Source of the DNA: Macrostomum lignano
Lineage: Eukaryota
Reading direction: 5' to 3'
NCBI GenBank assembly: GCA_002269645.1
Contig: NIVC01002475.1
Span: 1-64,000 of the forward strand
DNA: 64,000 bases
Positions 24,692-35,500 of the stretch are shown here, piece by piece (position 1 is the first letter of the stretch; the number at the start of each line of letters is the position of its first letter). A model generated the notes under the pieces. That model did not search any database and had not been told where the DNA came from. It saw nothing but the letters and a program-made list of their open reading frames with translations. The position numbers and the translations under genes are program-made.

Positions 24692-26718
24692 ATGACAAGG
24701 CAATTGAGGCGACAAGCAAATAAGGATTTGCTGGGCTTGTTCATGGAAGGAGAACAAGAAGCTTTGGAAGACATCGCACTGCAAGAGAAAAAAAGAAAAG
24801 TATTCGAAGCAGATGATTCTGGGAGAGTCGCCGGTTTCATCGCTTCGGAGTCCTCTGTAGCAGAAGTCAATGAAGGTACGGATCCAGATCTTGACAACGA
24901 CAATGGCAGCTATCCTGATTTTGACGAGTTCGCGCGAGTTTGCAGCGATGAAGATGAGGAGATTGACAAGAAAGAGGATGACCGCTCTTTAGAAGATAAA
25001 ATATTCGCCTTGCTGGTAGTCTACTTTTCTTGTTTCAACCTAAGTCGTGGATCTAAAAAATTCCTTGTTGATGGTCTAAGAGACATAGGCTTGCCTGCGC
25101 CGAAGTCTGTCAACTCTATTGAGGCCGTCATCAATGCTGGCGATCCAACGGAAAAATTGGAGCCATGGGAAAAGGCCATTTTCGCTACATTTCGATTCTG
25201 AAAAATCTAGAACTAATGTTTCGCAAAAACCAGCTGCACATGAAGCCAGAATATCTACAACACGATAGTGAAACTGAGAAGGTTTACAAAATTGAAGCCA
25301 TCGTTAATTTTGACGGCTTGCCTTTGTACCGAGCAAGCCACTTCGGTCTTTGGCCCATACTTATGTCTATTCCCAGCATATTCAGCAGACCTTTTCCAGT
25401 AGCCGTATGGGCTGGTTGTGGCAAGCCACCTCTGAATGATTATCTTCGACAATTTTGCGACGAGGCTAAACGTTTTCTTACGGGTCCAATAAAAATTATC
25501 GAAAATTTAAGCATCAGCTTCTCGACTATCCGATTTGTTTGCGATGCGCCTGCTCGAGCCTGGGTCTCAGTAACTCAAGGGCACATGTCGTACGTCGGTT
25601 GCATGTACTGCAGGGCTACTGGACCTTATACCGACAACAGAGTAACATTTTCAACGAGCGTCGGGGAGTCTCGTAGCAGCCAACAATACCGAGAGGGAAA
25701 GGAGTCTAACCAGGAAAATAAAAAAATCGCTCTATCGCCCCTTCTAAATTTGCCTAACATTAGTTTTGTCGATGCTTTTCCCCCTGACTACCAGCATGCC
25801 GTATGCCTTGGAGTCACAAGGAAGCTATTTTACCTATTTTTCGACAAATCTAATGGCAAGAAGTGTCTCGTCTATCCCGGTCCGATGAGCCTATTGGGCG
25901 ACCGAATTACTATGGCTGCCGGTTGGACACCTTCAAACTTTCAACGAAGACCCCGGAAAATCGACTTGGAACTGAAGCACATGAAGGCTACTGAATTCAG
26001 ACAGTACTTGCTGTACCTAGGACCTGTCCTCTTCAAAGGCATTTTAAATGAAGAAAGGTATAACCACTTTCTTTACCTCCATTTCGCCATTTACGCATAC
26101 TCCAACGAAAGGTACTCCAAGTGGTGGACGCAGGCAAAAACTTGCATTGAAGTTTTTGTTGAACGGGCTGCCCACCTTTACGGCCAGAAGTTTATAAGTT
26201 TCAATCTTCACACTATTCTTCATTTGGATGAGTTTGTCCGAAAGCTAGGCAGTTTAAACAACTTTTCGACTTTCCCTTTCGAAAACTTTCTTGGATCTGT
26301 AAAGCGCCGCGTAAAGGTGACAAGGCACATGGCAGCGCATTCAGTTAAGCAGGTGCTCAGAGTTCGCGATCTTCTGTTGAATGAGCAGCGAATTCCACCG
26401 TTGAAATTCAGCACAAAGCGAGGTGATAATTGTTGCATAATCGACAAAGTATGCGTCCTAATCGAAGCTGTAAGTGAAGCTAATCAAGTCACTGGCAGGA
26501 TTTTACACCCAGTTGACAACATCTACGCCAACCCATATCCATCTTTGCGTCTGGGAATCGGCTTGTACAGGATGACATCTGGTGTTCTAACTGGCACACC
26601 TGAGCGAAAGTGCTGGATTTTGCCTGCGAATCTGCTTGCCAATCTTGCTGGAGCGGACAGGGATCCAGCAAGCCATTTTTTTGTCATTCCTCTGACAGGT
26701 GACTCCGAGGAGGCCTGA
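24692..26718 (+). CDS. EnSpm/CACTA-type DDE transposase split by a single -1 frameshift (~25123-25201)
   Basis: Motifs VNFDGLPL, LWPIL, FVCDAPARA, GHMSYVGCMYC, PPDYQHAVCLGV, KATEFRQYLLY, FNLHTILHL and FSTFPFENFL. ORFs 24692-25201 and 25165-26718 overlap. Confidence 0.9.
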
Positions 26719-28411
26719 TGTAGGACGCGTGAGTCGCAAGTGAGTACTAAAAATATCTTTCTCTGGTTTTTTATATCAATCCGATTTCCTTCTATCTCGA
26801 TTCTCGTATTCCCTGTATTCTGCAATTCTGCAATTTCTTCCTGTATATGTTCTCAGCTTCAACACGCAGACATGATTGTAGATTGTGAGTTAAATATTAG
26901 TATATTACGATGCATACTCGATCGCAACTGCCATTTTATCTTTACTTTTAGGATCCGCAGTTTCACGAGTTTACTACAAGCCTGGCGATCGGTCATTCAT
27001 GAACTGGAGTTATTTTAGAGACTGATTATATTGATTCTATCTTTATTGTTTACATTCTTGAACCCTAGAATTAGGTACAGCTTAAAATTCGGTGTTATAG
27101 AGGCCGGAGGGGTAATTTAGCTCAAAACTGTGTAGGAGGGGTGGAGGGGCCGGAAACTTAGTGGGAGGTGATGCCGCTGTATGTGGCTGAAATGGGGGAT
27201 TTATTTTCTTAAACCCCAGTATACGAGTATGAAATACTAATGGTATTGTATACAGTATTCCTACCTCCAATTCAAGCCAACAGAATTTTTGTAATATTTT
27301 ACTTATCCCATTGATAATAATCAACTAGCTGCACAACTGTAATTTCCATCTGTTACCATCTGGTTTTACTTTTAAGCACATATAAAATGCTATGAATATT
27401 TTCTTTCTTTTGCTGGCACCTATTTTAGGTCAGATCGAATCAATACTTTCCGTATCAAAGTATTTATGTGTTTATGCTAGGTTGTAACTTATAAAATATA
27501 TAAGTTATATTTTATTCCTTGTATATATATAGTTCAGACCTTGTCAAGCCTCGCACGAAATTCGTCTTTGTTCTTCCTTTATCTTTGGTGCAATATGGGA
27601 ATAGAAAAAACTTGATGACCTGCACTGATAAGGAGTCAGGACAGTTTGTTTGTTTCGCATAGGTTCGCTTAAGCAGGCAAGAACGGTACAACGTAGAAAT
27701 TCCCATATCACTTCTCTAGCCTTTCTTCTAACCCCCCCCCACCCAACTGAAATGAATTGGCCAAAATTAGCTGTCACCTCTAGGTTAAAATAATTCCTTG
27801 CATTGCCCTGTCATTACGGGTTATTGCCACTGGCCAGGAAATTCAAAACATTTTTCTAAGAGCAACTCAAAATGAGTAAGCTTTATACAGGCTATAATTG
27901 ATGAGAGATTTCTGTTAATGAGAGATAAAGCCCACACGGGTTTTATTGATGTCGGGTTGTAAAAGACGATCGCAAATAGAGAACAATATAGCGAGAATAT
28001 TCAAGCTGGCGGACGTGCGCCGAGCTATAATTTTCTGTTAACTCGGGGATTCAGTAAGACTAGAATAATTGAGTGGCAAAAACTGTCATGAGAACGCAAA
28101 GGCACTTTGAAACCTTTATGATTCAGTGGATTTATTCATCCGGAAAAATGACAAGGCGGGGGTTAGATTGTTATTTATTCATGACCTGTCCCATTTGAGC
28201 TCTGACCGCCTCTGAATATGAAAACTGAGAAAATATCTATGTCTATGTATCCCTCCTTATCAAAATGTGACTGAGTGACTGTGCCCTACTCGTAATCGGG
28301 GAGATAAATGAAGGGGAGACAGGGGAGACAGTCTCCTATCTCCAATCTCCCATGTCTCTTATTTGCCATTATGCAGTTAACTGGGCCCGTCATGCATAGC
28401 CTACTGCAGGC

Positions 28412-28465
28412 TGCAGGGGTCAGCAAACTCCAGCCCACGGGCCACATGCGGCCCGCAGTCTCTCT
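28412..28465 (+). mobile_element. Truncated hAT-like terminus
   Basis: CAGGGGTCAGCAAACT..GGGCCACATGCGGCCCG is a typical hAT/Charlie-like end motif; the other end was not found. Confidence 0.45.
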
Positions 28466-28615
28466 ATCCAGCCCTCGGGTCCTTTCTAACTTCCCATGCC
28501 AATAACAATCCAGCCCGCTCAAGGTTTGCATCTCTTCTCAGCTTTTTTGCTAATTTCTTCTCCTTTTCTCATCAAAATCTCCCCTCTCTCCTCCTTTCCC
28601 CTCTTTCCTTGCTCC

Positions 28616-28804
28616 CAGTGGCGCAACCAGGGGGGGGGGGGGGGGGGGGGCGGGGCCCCCCCCTTAGGCGGAGACCCAGAAAAAATTGAAGGGGGACCAA
28701 GCGAATTTTCGCCAAAAACAGAGCCTCCCCTCCGCCCCCTCCCTCACGGGACTTTACCTTCCAGAATCCGCCCCCCCCTCAAAAAATTTCTGGTTGCCCT
28801 ACTG
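28616..28804. mobile_element. 189-bp hAT MITE nested in the CMC element
   Basis: TIR CAGTGGCGCAACCAG / CTGGTTGCCCTACTG; perfect 8-bp TSD CTTGCTCC (28608-28615, 28805-28812). Confidence 0.92.
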
Positions 28805-29141
28805 CTTGCTCCCTTCCTCTGACATCTCTCCTTTCGCCTCTCTCCTCTCTCCCTTTATCTCCCTTCTTTCTCTCATCTCGCCTCTCTCCTCTCTTCCCTC
28901 CTCTCACATCTCACATCTCTCCCCTCTCCCCTCCACTCTCCTCCTTCTGGCCCGCAGTCTTGAGCTAGATTCTCTATCTGGCACTTAAAGTAAAATAGTT
29001 AGCCAATCCCTCGCAAGGAATTTCGATCATTACAATGAGCAAAAGTTGACATTAACAAAATTTTGGCGGGCGCGTTGTGCCAAGCCTGAACAGCTTCTAT
29101 AGACAGCACTCTGTGCTCTCCAGAATTACTTGAACTGTTAG

Positions 29142-29256
29142 CAGTGGCGCAAGCAGAATTTCTTATGTGGGGGGGGGCGGATTCTGAAGGGTAAAGACCC
29201 AAGGGGGGCGGAGGGGTGGCTCTGTATTTTGGCAAAAATGCGCTTGGTCCCCCTTT
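29142..29256. mobile_element. Truncated, inverted second copy of the same MITE family
   Basis: Matches the reverse complement of the right half of 28616-28804. Confidence 0.75.
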
Positions 29257-29686
29257 AATACAGCTTGGCAAACCTGATTGATTTTCCGGGATTTCCCCTG
29301 TCCTAGTTGTATTTCTCTAAAATTCTGGAAGATAAATCGAGATTCTAGATAATAGCTGCATCTAAGATTAGTTTGTTTTGCTATCGCATTGTACCGTACA
29401 ATTAATTATTGAAAATTTTAAACCTTTGCTGGCATACGCATATGTTATCTTTGACCTTACCTGTTGTTTAATAGGTAAATTATTACTGTATGGAGGTACA
29501 TGTAGATATAGGCATTTTGACTGTCAACTGTCCACCCCATACAAGCATACGGCTTTCAAATAATTATGCAACCTTGTGCAAGGGTATGCCGCCTACTTAC
29601 ATGTAAAACTTTGAAATGAGTATTTATTTACGCCACTATCCAAGGGGGGGGGGCGCGGCCGCGGGAGACCGACAGCGGAGACCGCC

Positions 29687-30164
29687 ACAATTTGCCCGCC
29701 AGACAATTTGCCCGCCAGACAATTTGCCCGCCAGACAATTTGCCCGCCAGACAATTTGCCCGCCAGACAATTTGCCCGCCAGACAATTTGCCCGCCAGAC
29801 AATTTGCCCGCCAGACAATTTGCCCGCCAGACAATTTGCCCGCCAGACAATTTGCCCGCCAGACAATTTGCCCGCCAGACAATTTGCCCGCCAGACAATT
29901 TGCCCGCCAGACAATTTGCCCGCCAGACAATTTGCCCGCCAGACAATTTGCCCGCCAGACAATTTGCCCGCCAGACAATTTGCCCGCCAGACAATTTGCC
30001 CGCCAGACAATTTGCCCGCCAGACAATTTGCCCGCCAGACAATTTGCCCGCCAGACAATTTGCCCGCCAGACAATTTGCCCGCCAGACAATTTGCCCGCC
30101 AGACAATTTGCCCGCCAGACAATTTGCCCGCCAGACAATTTGCCCGCCAGACAATTTGCCCGCC
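29687..30164. repeat. Perfect 16-bp tandem array (ACAATTTGCCCGCCAG x29 plus a partial unit)
   Basis: No variant units seen. Flanked by a 15-bp inverted repeat: GACCGCCACAATTTG (29680-29694) and CAAATTGTGGCGGTC (30195-30209). Confidence 0.97.
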
Positions 30165-30977
30165 GCCCTATTTCACCTTGAATAGAACGGCGATCAAATT
30201 GTGGCGGTCAAATGTACTCGTAGATGTAGTAGACCCGGCGGCCGCCCCCTTTGCCATGGCTGGACTTGCATATAAGGGGGGTAAATTTTGAGCTTACTTT
30301 GGCTTTTTAGACCAAAACAAAAATTTGGGCAAATCTGCCCCCACTACTTTAAAAATCCTGAATTGACCACCAAATCGGACTCATCTAAATGAAAACTTAA
30401 GAATACAAGCAACATTGTACATGCGCTAGTGCTTAAGTAGTGGAGTATTAAAAAATATATTTTTTGTTGCGTTGATTTCGAAGATCAAAAGGTATTACTT
30501 ATAAGTAGGTAGGCTAAAACGCACACTTTTGCGTTCACATCCAATTTCTGAAGTGTATGAAACTCAGAAAAATTTGCACGAGTCGCCTATACCCCACTTT
30601 GGAGCTTGCAGCAATTTTTCAAAGAGATGGCTGCTCAAAGGGTTAAAAGTTCAAGTTAGCTGTAGTATGAGGATTGGTCAATGCAAATAAATAATGAGCT
30701 CATTATACAAGAAAATAATTAATAAGGATATCAATAGTTCGCCCCACTGTCCACTGCACGTACTGAAAGGCGTACTGTCAGGTTCGAGCACAAAAACACC
30801 CGAAACTAAAAAAATCAACTTTAAAAATTCTGCTCTTTACATAATTTCCTCACAAAAATATTTCATACGTACAAAGAAGAAAACCTACAAACTTTTATCT
30901 TGCGGGATGGGGCGTACCCTTGAGGGCCGCCGGGGCGCCGGCCTAGAGGGTACGCCCCAATTTTTCTAACCACTGGG

Positions 30978-31180
30978 TTACTGCTCTCTCATTGGCTGAG
31001 CTTGATTGGGCCTACCCCCCTAGGCTGAGAGTTTCGTCCGCCTGACTTTGACCTCTCTCCTTACTGCTCTCTCATTGGCTGAGCTAGATTGGGCCTACCC
31101 TCTAGGCTGAGAGTTTCGTCCGCCTGACTTTGACCTCTCTCCTTACTGCTCTCTCATTGGCTGAGCCAGATTGGGCCTGC
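30978..31180. repeat. 83-bp tandem repeat, right part
   Basis: Same unit as 20550-20797; followed by the hAT-like end CTAGCTGCCACTG at ~31200-31212. Confidence 0.9.
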
Positions 31181-31589
31181 CCCCCCCCTAGGAAACTCCT
31201 AGCTGCCACTGCAAAGACAATCTACTGAAAGCACTTTTAATTTTACTTGTAGCTTAATACTAGGTAATGTATATGTTGCATTTCTATGTAAGACGGTAAC
31301 TAGGAGTTAATTTAAGTGCGTAGTATACTTTTAACTCATTTGTAACCGAAAAGAAACGTTTGCTAGTTTTTGTGACATTTTTAAAATTTTTTTTTAACTG
31401 CGCAAGTGCAAACGTTTATGCTAATTTCTGTTAAAGTACATTTTTGCATGCTTAGCTAAGCTGAAAGTAATATACTAACCTTTTTGTGGGGACGTTTTTG
31501 TGTCATTACCACGGGATTTTTCAGCTCTACTTTCTGTCAATTAAAAGCATTGGCCAAATTAAAAATCGTCCTTTAGAATCACTCTTGTA

Positions 31590-31830
31590 ATCTAGTATGA
31601 GAATCACCCTTTACTCTCGTAATCTACCATGAGAATTGCCCCCTATTCTCGTAATCGTCTATTAGAATTGCCCTCTATTCTCGTAATCGTCTATGAGAAT
31701 CGCCCCTTATTCTCGTAATCGTCTATGAGAATCGCCCCCTACTCACGTAATCGTCTATGAGAATCGTTCCCTGCTCACGTAATCTACCATGAGAACCGCT
31801 CCCCTCTATTCTCTTAATCGTATGTGAGCA
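31590..31830. repeat. ~32-bp degenerate minisatellite (TCGTAATCGTCTATGAGAATCGCCCC)
   Basis: Period ~32 (31681, 31713). Confidence 0.8.
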
Positions 31831-32506
31831 TCGCTAATGAGTCATACTTTTAAATCAATATTGTATTGTTATTCTGTTAGCCTACAGTTAGTTTGTTGCA
31901 ATCCGAGTATTTGATGAATTCATTCATGTCGTAAAATAAGCAAATACAAATGCCAAAAATGGCTGACCGCAAGCAGCTTAAGAAAAAGAATTTGTCTTTT
32001 ATGTCTTTGTTTTATTTTAGTTTTATTAGCATTGGTAGCTCAAGGTAATTAAATGTATGAACACAGTGCATTAAATCCAATGGCCCGATTAAACACTTAA
32101 ATGTGTGTCGTTGTGTGTGTCCTCTCTCTGTAAATATTATTATGCATATGGTATAGATAGTATATATTTGGTTAGGTTAGGTCTTGACGGCCAGTAGCTG
32201 AATTCCGAACTGAGCTTTGAAACTTTCTTCCCAGATAGCTACTTTAGAACAGCATAGAACGCTACATGCTACTGCATAGAATTGTCCAAATTTGTACGTA
32301 ACTGCCATTCTATAATGTAGTGAGTTCTCTCACTCAGTGCGTGGCTCTTTCTGTCTTGCATTTCTTTTTTTGGCCTGCGCGCATAGATTTTCATTACAGT
32401 GCACTATACTTCTGTTTTTTATTATTAATTCTCTTCTTTCTCTCTCTCTGTCTTCAGCGAAATCTGCCAAGGCGTCTGCCAAAGACAAGTTCGACGACAA
32501 TTAACC

Positions 32507-35500
32507 ATGCCGGGTTTTCGTTTGAAATTTCAACGCAAACATCGGTATGATATATCTGCTAAAGGCTACTTTATAGTGTCTGTCACTCTACTGGATGGCA
32601 CCACAATTGACCAGACGGTCACGTCGGAGACTTGCGGCAAAGATTGTATTCATTTTGTGGCACAGAAAATTGGCATCCGCGATGTTAATTACTTCGGCCT
32701 GCAGTACCAGTCGCCGAAGGGCCAGCGATGGGTGAATCTGTCCAAACCTGTCAAGAGGCAGCTGGATAAATATGCTGTGGATCATTCTCTGAGATTTGGA
32801 GTCATGTTCTTTGTTGAGGATCCCTATGCTATTGTGGATGATGTGGCTAGGTGAGTAAACTCTCAAAATGCCAGATTTTTCTTTTACTGGGCTACCTTCA
32901 GCCTCCTAGATGCTCAGTTGCTGGGCCACCAGCCTCCCAGATCCTCAGTTGCTGGGCCAGCCTCCCAGATCCTCAGTTGCTGGGCCACCAGCCTCCCAGA
33001 TCCTCAGTTGCTGGGCCAGCCTCCCAGATCCTCAGTTGCTGGGCCAGCCTCCCAGATCCTCAGTTGCTGGGCCACCAGCCTCCCAGATCCTCAGTTGCTG
33101 GGCCAGCCTCCCAGATCCTCAGTTGCAGGGCCACCAGCCTCCCAGATTCTCAGTTGCTGGGCCAGCCTCCCGGATCCTCAGTTGCTGGGCCAGCCTCCCA
33201 GATCCTCAGTTGTTGGGCCAGCCTCCCGGATCCTCAGTTGCTGGGCCAGCCTCCCAGATCCTCAGTTGCTGGGCCAGCCTTTCAGTGTTTCCCATGCCAG
33301 AATCATTAACTCTACTAAAATATTTTTAGAAGCCATTTTTGGTGCTTTTTTGTTACGCTTTTTTTAACTGTACAGAAAGTGAATTTCTCATAAGAGAATT
33401 TTTCCAAAACAACTTCATGTATCGCAACTACCTTTTGCATTTTGAAAAAACAACAAACGCCAAACAGTACTGCGATGTGACACAAGTATTATAGTTTTAA
33501 ACGTTACATGGTAGCCACAATGTATGGGCAGTAGTCTATTTTGACAAGGAGGAAATGTAATAAATTGTTTTTTCAATTACATAATCAATAATGAACGCAA
33601 ATAAGTGACACAATGCACATGAGTTTGTAATAAGCCATTGACGCAGGTATGAGTAAAAAAAATTTATAGATAAAAATTTGGTGCACAACTGACAGGCGCG
33701 ATAAATATTGCACAGTAACAATATGAGTAGCAATAACGGAAGCCAGTACGTTAGAAACATAAAGACTTAGGATAACTTCAATTGAACATGCAATTGAAAA
33801 GTGTCTAGTTGAGAATGCATACTGAAGTAGATATAAAAACAAAATGTTGTAAAAAGCAATATAGCAGGCACATAAGGAAGATTAAATAGCACACACTCAC
33901 ATTTGTATTTTAAGGGAGAAATCATCCTCTGTACTAAATCACAACCTAAAAAGAAACTTACTGAAATGGGAATGCTTAGCAGAGCAAATAAACAAAAGAT
34001 ATAAACTGAGGTCTTCATTGTTAGTTAAAGTATACAAATCGCTTTGCCAGTTAGATGCGCAGTAACAGCGATAGTATGACACCTCACAAAGTAGTCAATA
34101 CCTAGGGAGGAACTGGGTTAGGGATACTTGATACTTGTGACAAAGCGTGTTTGAAAAAAAGGTGTTTAAGTTTTTTGTTCGCCTCTTGAGCACGTTAAGA
34201 TAAGTCTTCAAAGTCTTATTTGCCAGTGAGAAAGTTCTCTTGGTCTATTCTGAAATAAAAGATGAAAATTGTCGCGATGGTCGTGGAAATTCAGAGGGAA
34301 TCTACTTGCTAGGCTACAGGGAAGATCAGAAAGCGACCACGAATCCGAAAGCCTTTCACCAAGCTAAACATCCAGGAAAATACACGGTGAGTAAGGGAAA
34401 GAGATCCTCGACTGGCTGTATGCGATGCAATGCATTGGAAGTAAGCACGAGCAACTGAATGCCACACAGATAAATACGAAATTTCCCAGCTTTCTTGTAC
34501 TCGTATGCTGCATTATCATTCCAACTGACTTCAAAACCATGATCTCATTAATGAGCTTACGGAGAGGCTTTCCAAATCCACGGTATAGCTGTACTGAATA
34601 GACTCAGCTGACGGCCTGCCCGGCTTTGGAGCACTGGACAAAAATTGGCCAAAATTCTGTCCTCACTCTTCCAAAGTGGCAAGCCGTCGATGTTGACTTT
34701 GAAATCCAGAAAATGTCCGCTTCGCTGAGAACTTGACACCCATCAACTTCAAGGCTACGAGTATTTGAATACTTATGCTTATCGAAAGATACGTCAAGTT
34801 TCCTCTTTACATGGCTTCCTTGCCAACAGTTGAGCTAAATTAAATTAAAATTAACAAAACTGGAAGTAGCACAAAATTTAAAAGTGGATCTACTTCCTAA
34901 TCCGATTTTTGCGGTCTTCAGCATCATCTTCCAGTTTGGTACGATAGTTTACTTCCGTTTGCGGGCTTCAAAAATGCTTTCCAGCTTCCCATTCCATCCC
35001 AGGACGCAAGCCTTCGCGAGACTGGTGTCAGGCAGGTGGAGCACGTGCCTCATTCGCTTTCAGTGTGCTACTTCAATTTTATGGCGGATGACTTCCTCTT
35101 CTCGCTCCAGATTTAGTGGTACCTCGTCAACCAAAAGTTGATACAAGCCATCGTTGTCGAAAATAGACTAAAAAATGATTCATGCTCACACACTCACCAC
35201 GAAAACAATCATTAATCACGTCTTCCCCTAGATCCATGGCTACCTCGCTAGTTGCAGCATCAGACGCAGCCAAACCAACGTCTATCCCTGCTAAATGCTT
35301 ATCCGCCTCTCGAAGAACCTTACGTCGAGAAGCCTTAAAAAAATTGGGGATTTATACCTTATACCTCGGGTTGAGAAAGAAGCCTAAAACGAAGAGAAAC
35401 GTTAAATTTTTCTACTAAAATTTTATAAAAAGACAAAATAAAAAAATAATAAACAATAAAACGTTAAAGGAATAGAAAGAACCGCAGTGATATAACTTGT

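Larger units (their letters stand above)
20798..30977. mobile_element. Complete EnSpm/CACTA (CMC)-type DNA transposon, 10,180 bp
   Basis: Termini CCCAGTGG and CCACTGGG; 2-bp TSD TT (20796-20797, 30978-30979) inside the 83-bp array; GC-rich subterminal motifs (GGTACGCCC, GGCGCC). Contains a CMC transposase and a divergent accessory gene. Confidence 0.92.

Noticed and set aside
27500-28300. Possible decayed coding sequence in the right arm of the 10-kb element
   Set aside because: Only short open stretches with no identifiable transposase or host motifs.
29687-30164. CRISPR-like appearance of this and other regular arrays (18.9, 43.3, 46.6, 51.2 kb)
   Set aside because: Units are head-to-tail with no unique spacers, there are no cas genes, and the context is eukaryotic.
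29593-30291. Six long ORFs on both strands (PARQFARQTICPPDNL and similar)
   Set aside because: Artefacts of a stop-free 16-bp tandem repeat; no unique coding context.
32851-33367. Three overlapping Pro-rich ORFs after PTP exon 1
   Set aside because: They lie in intron 1 and derive from the 28/31-bp array.
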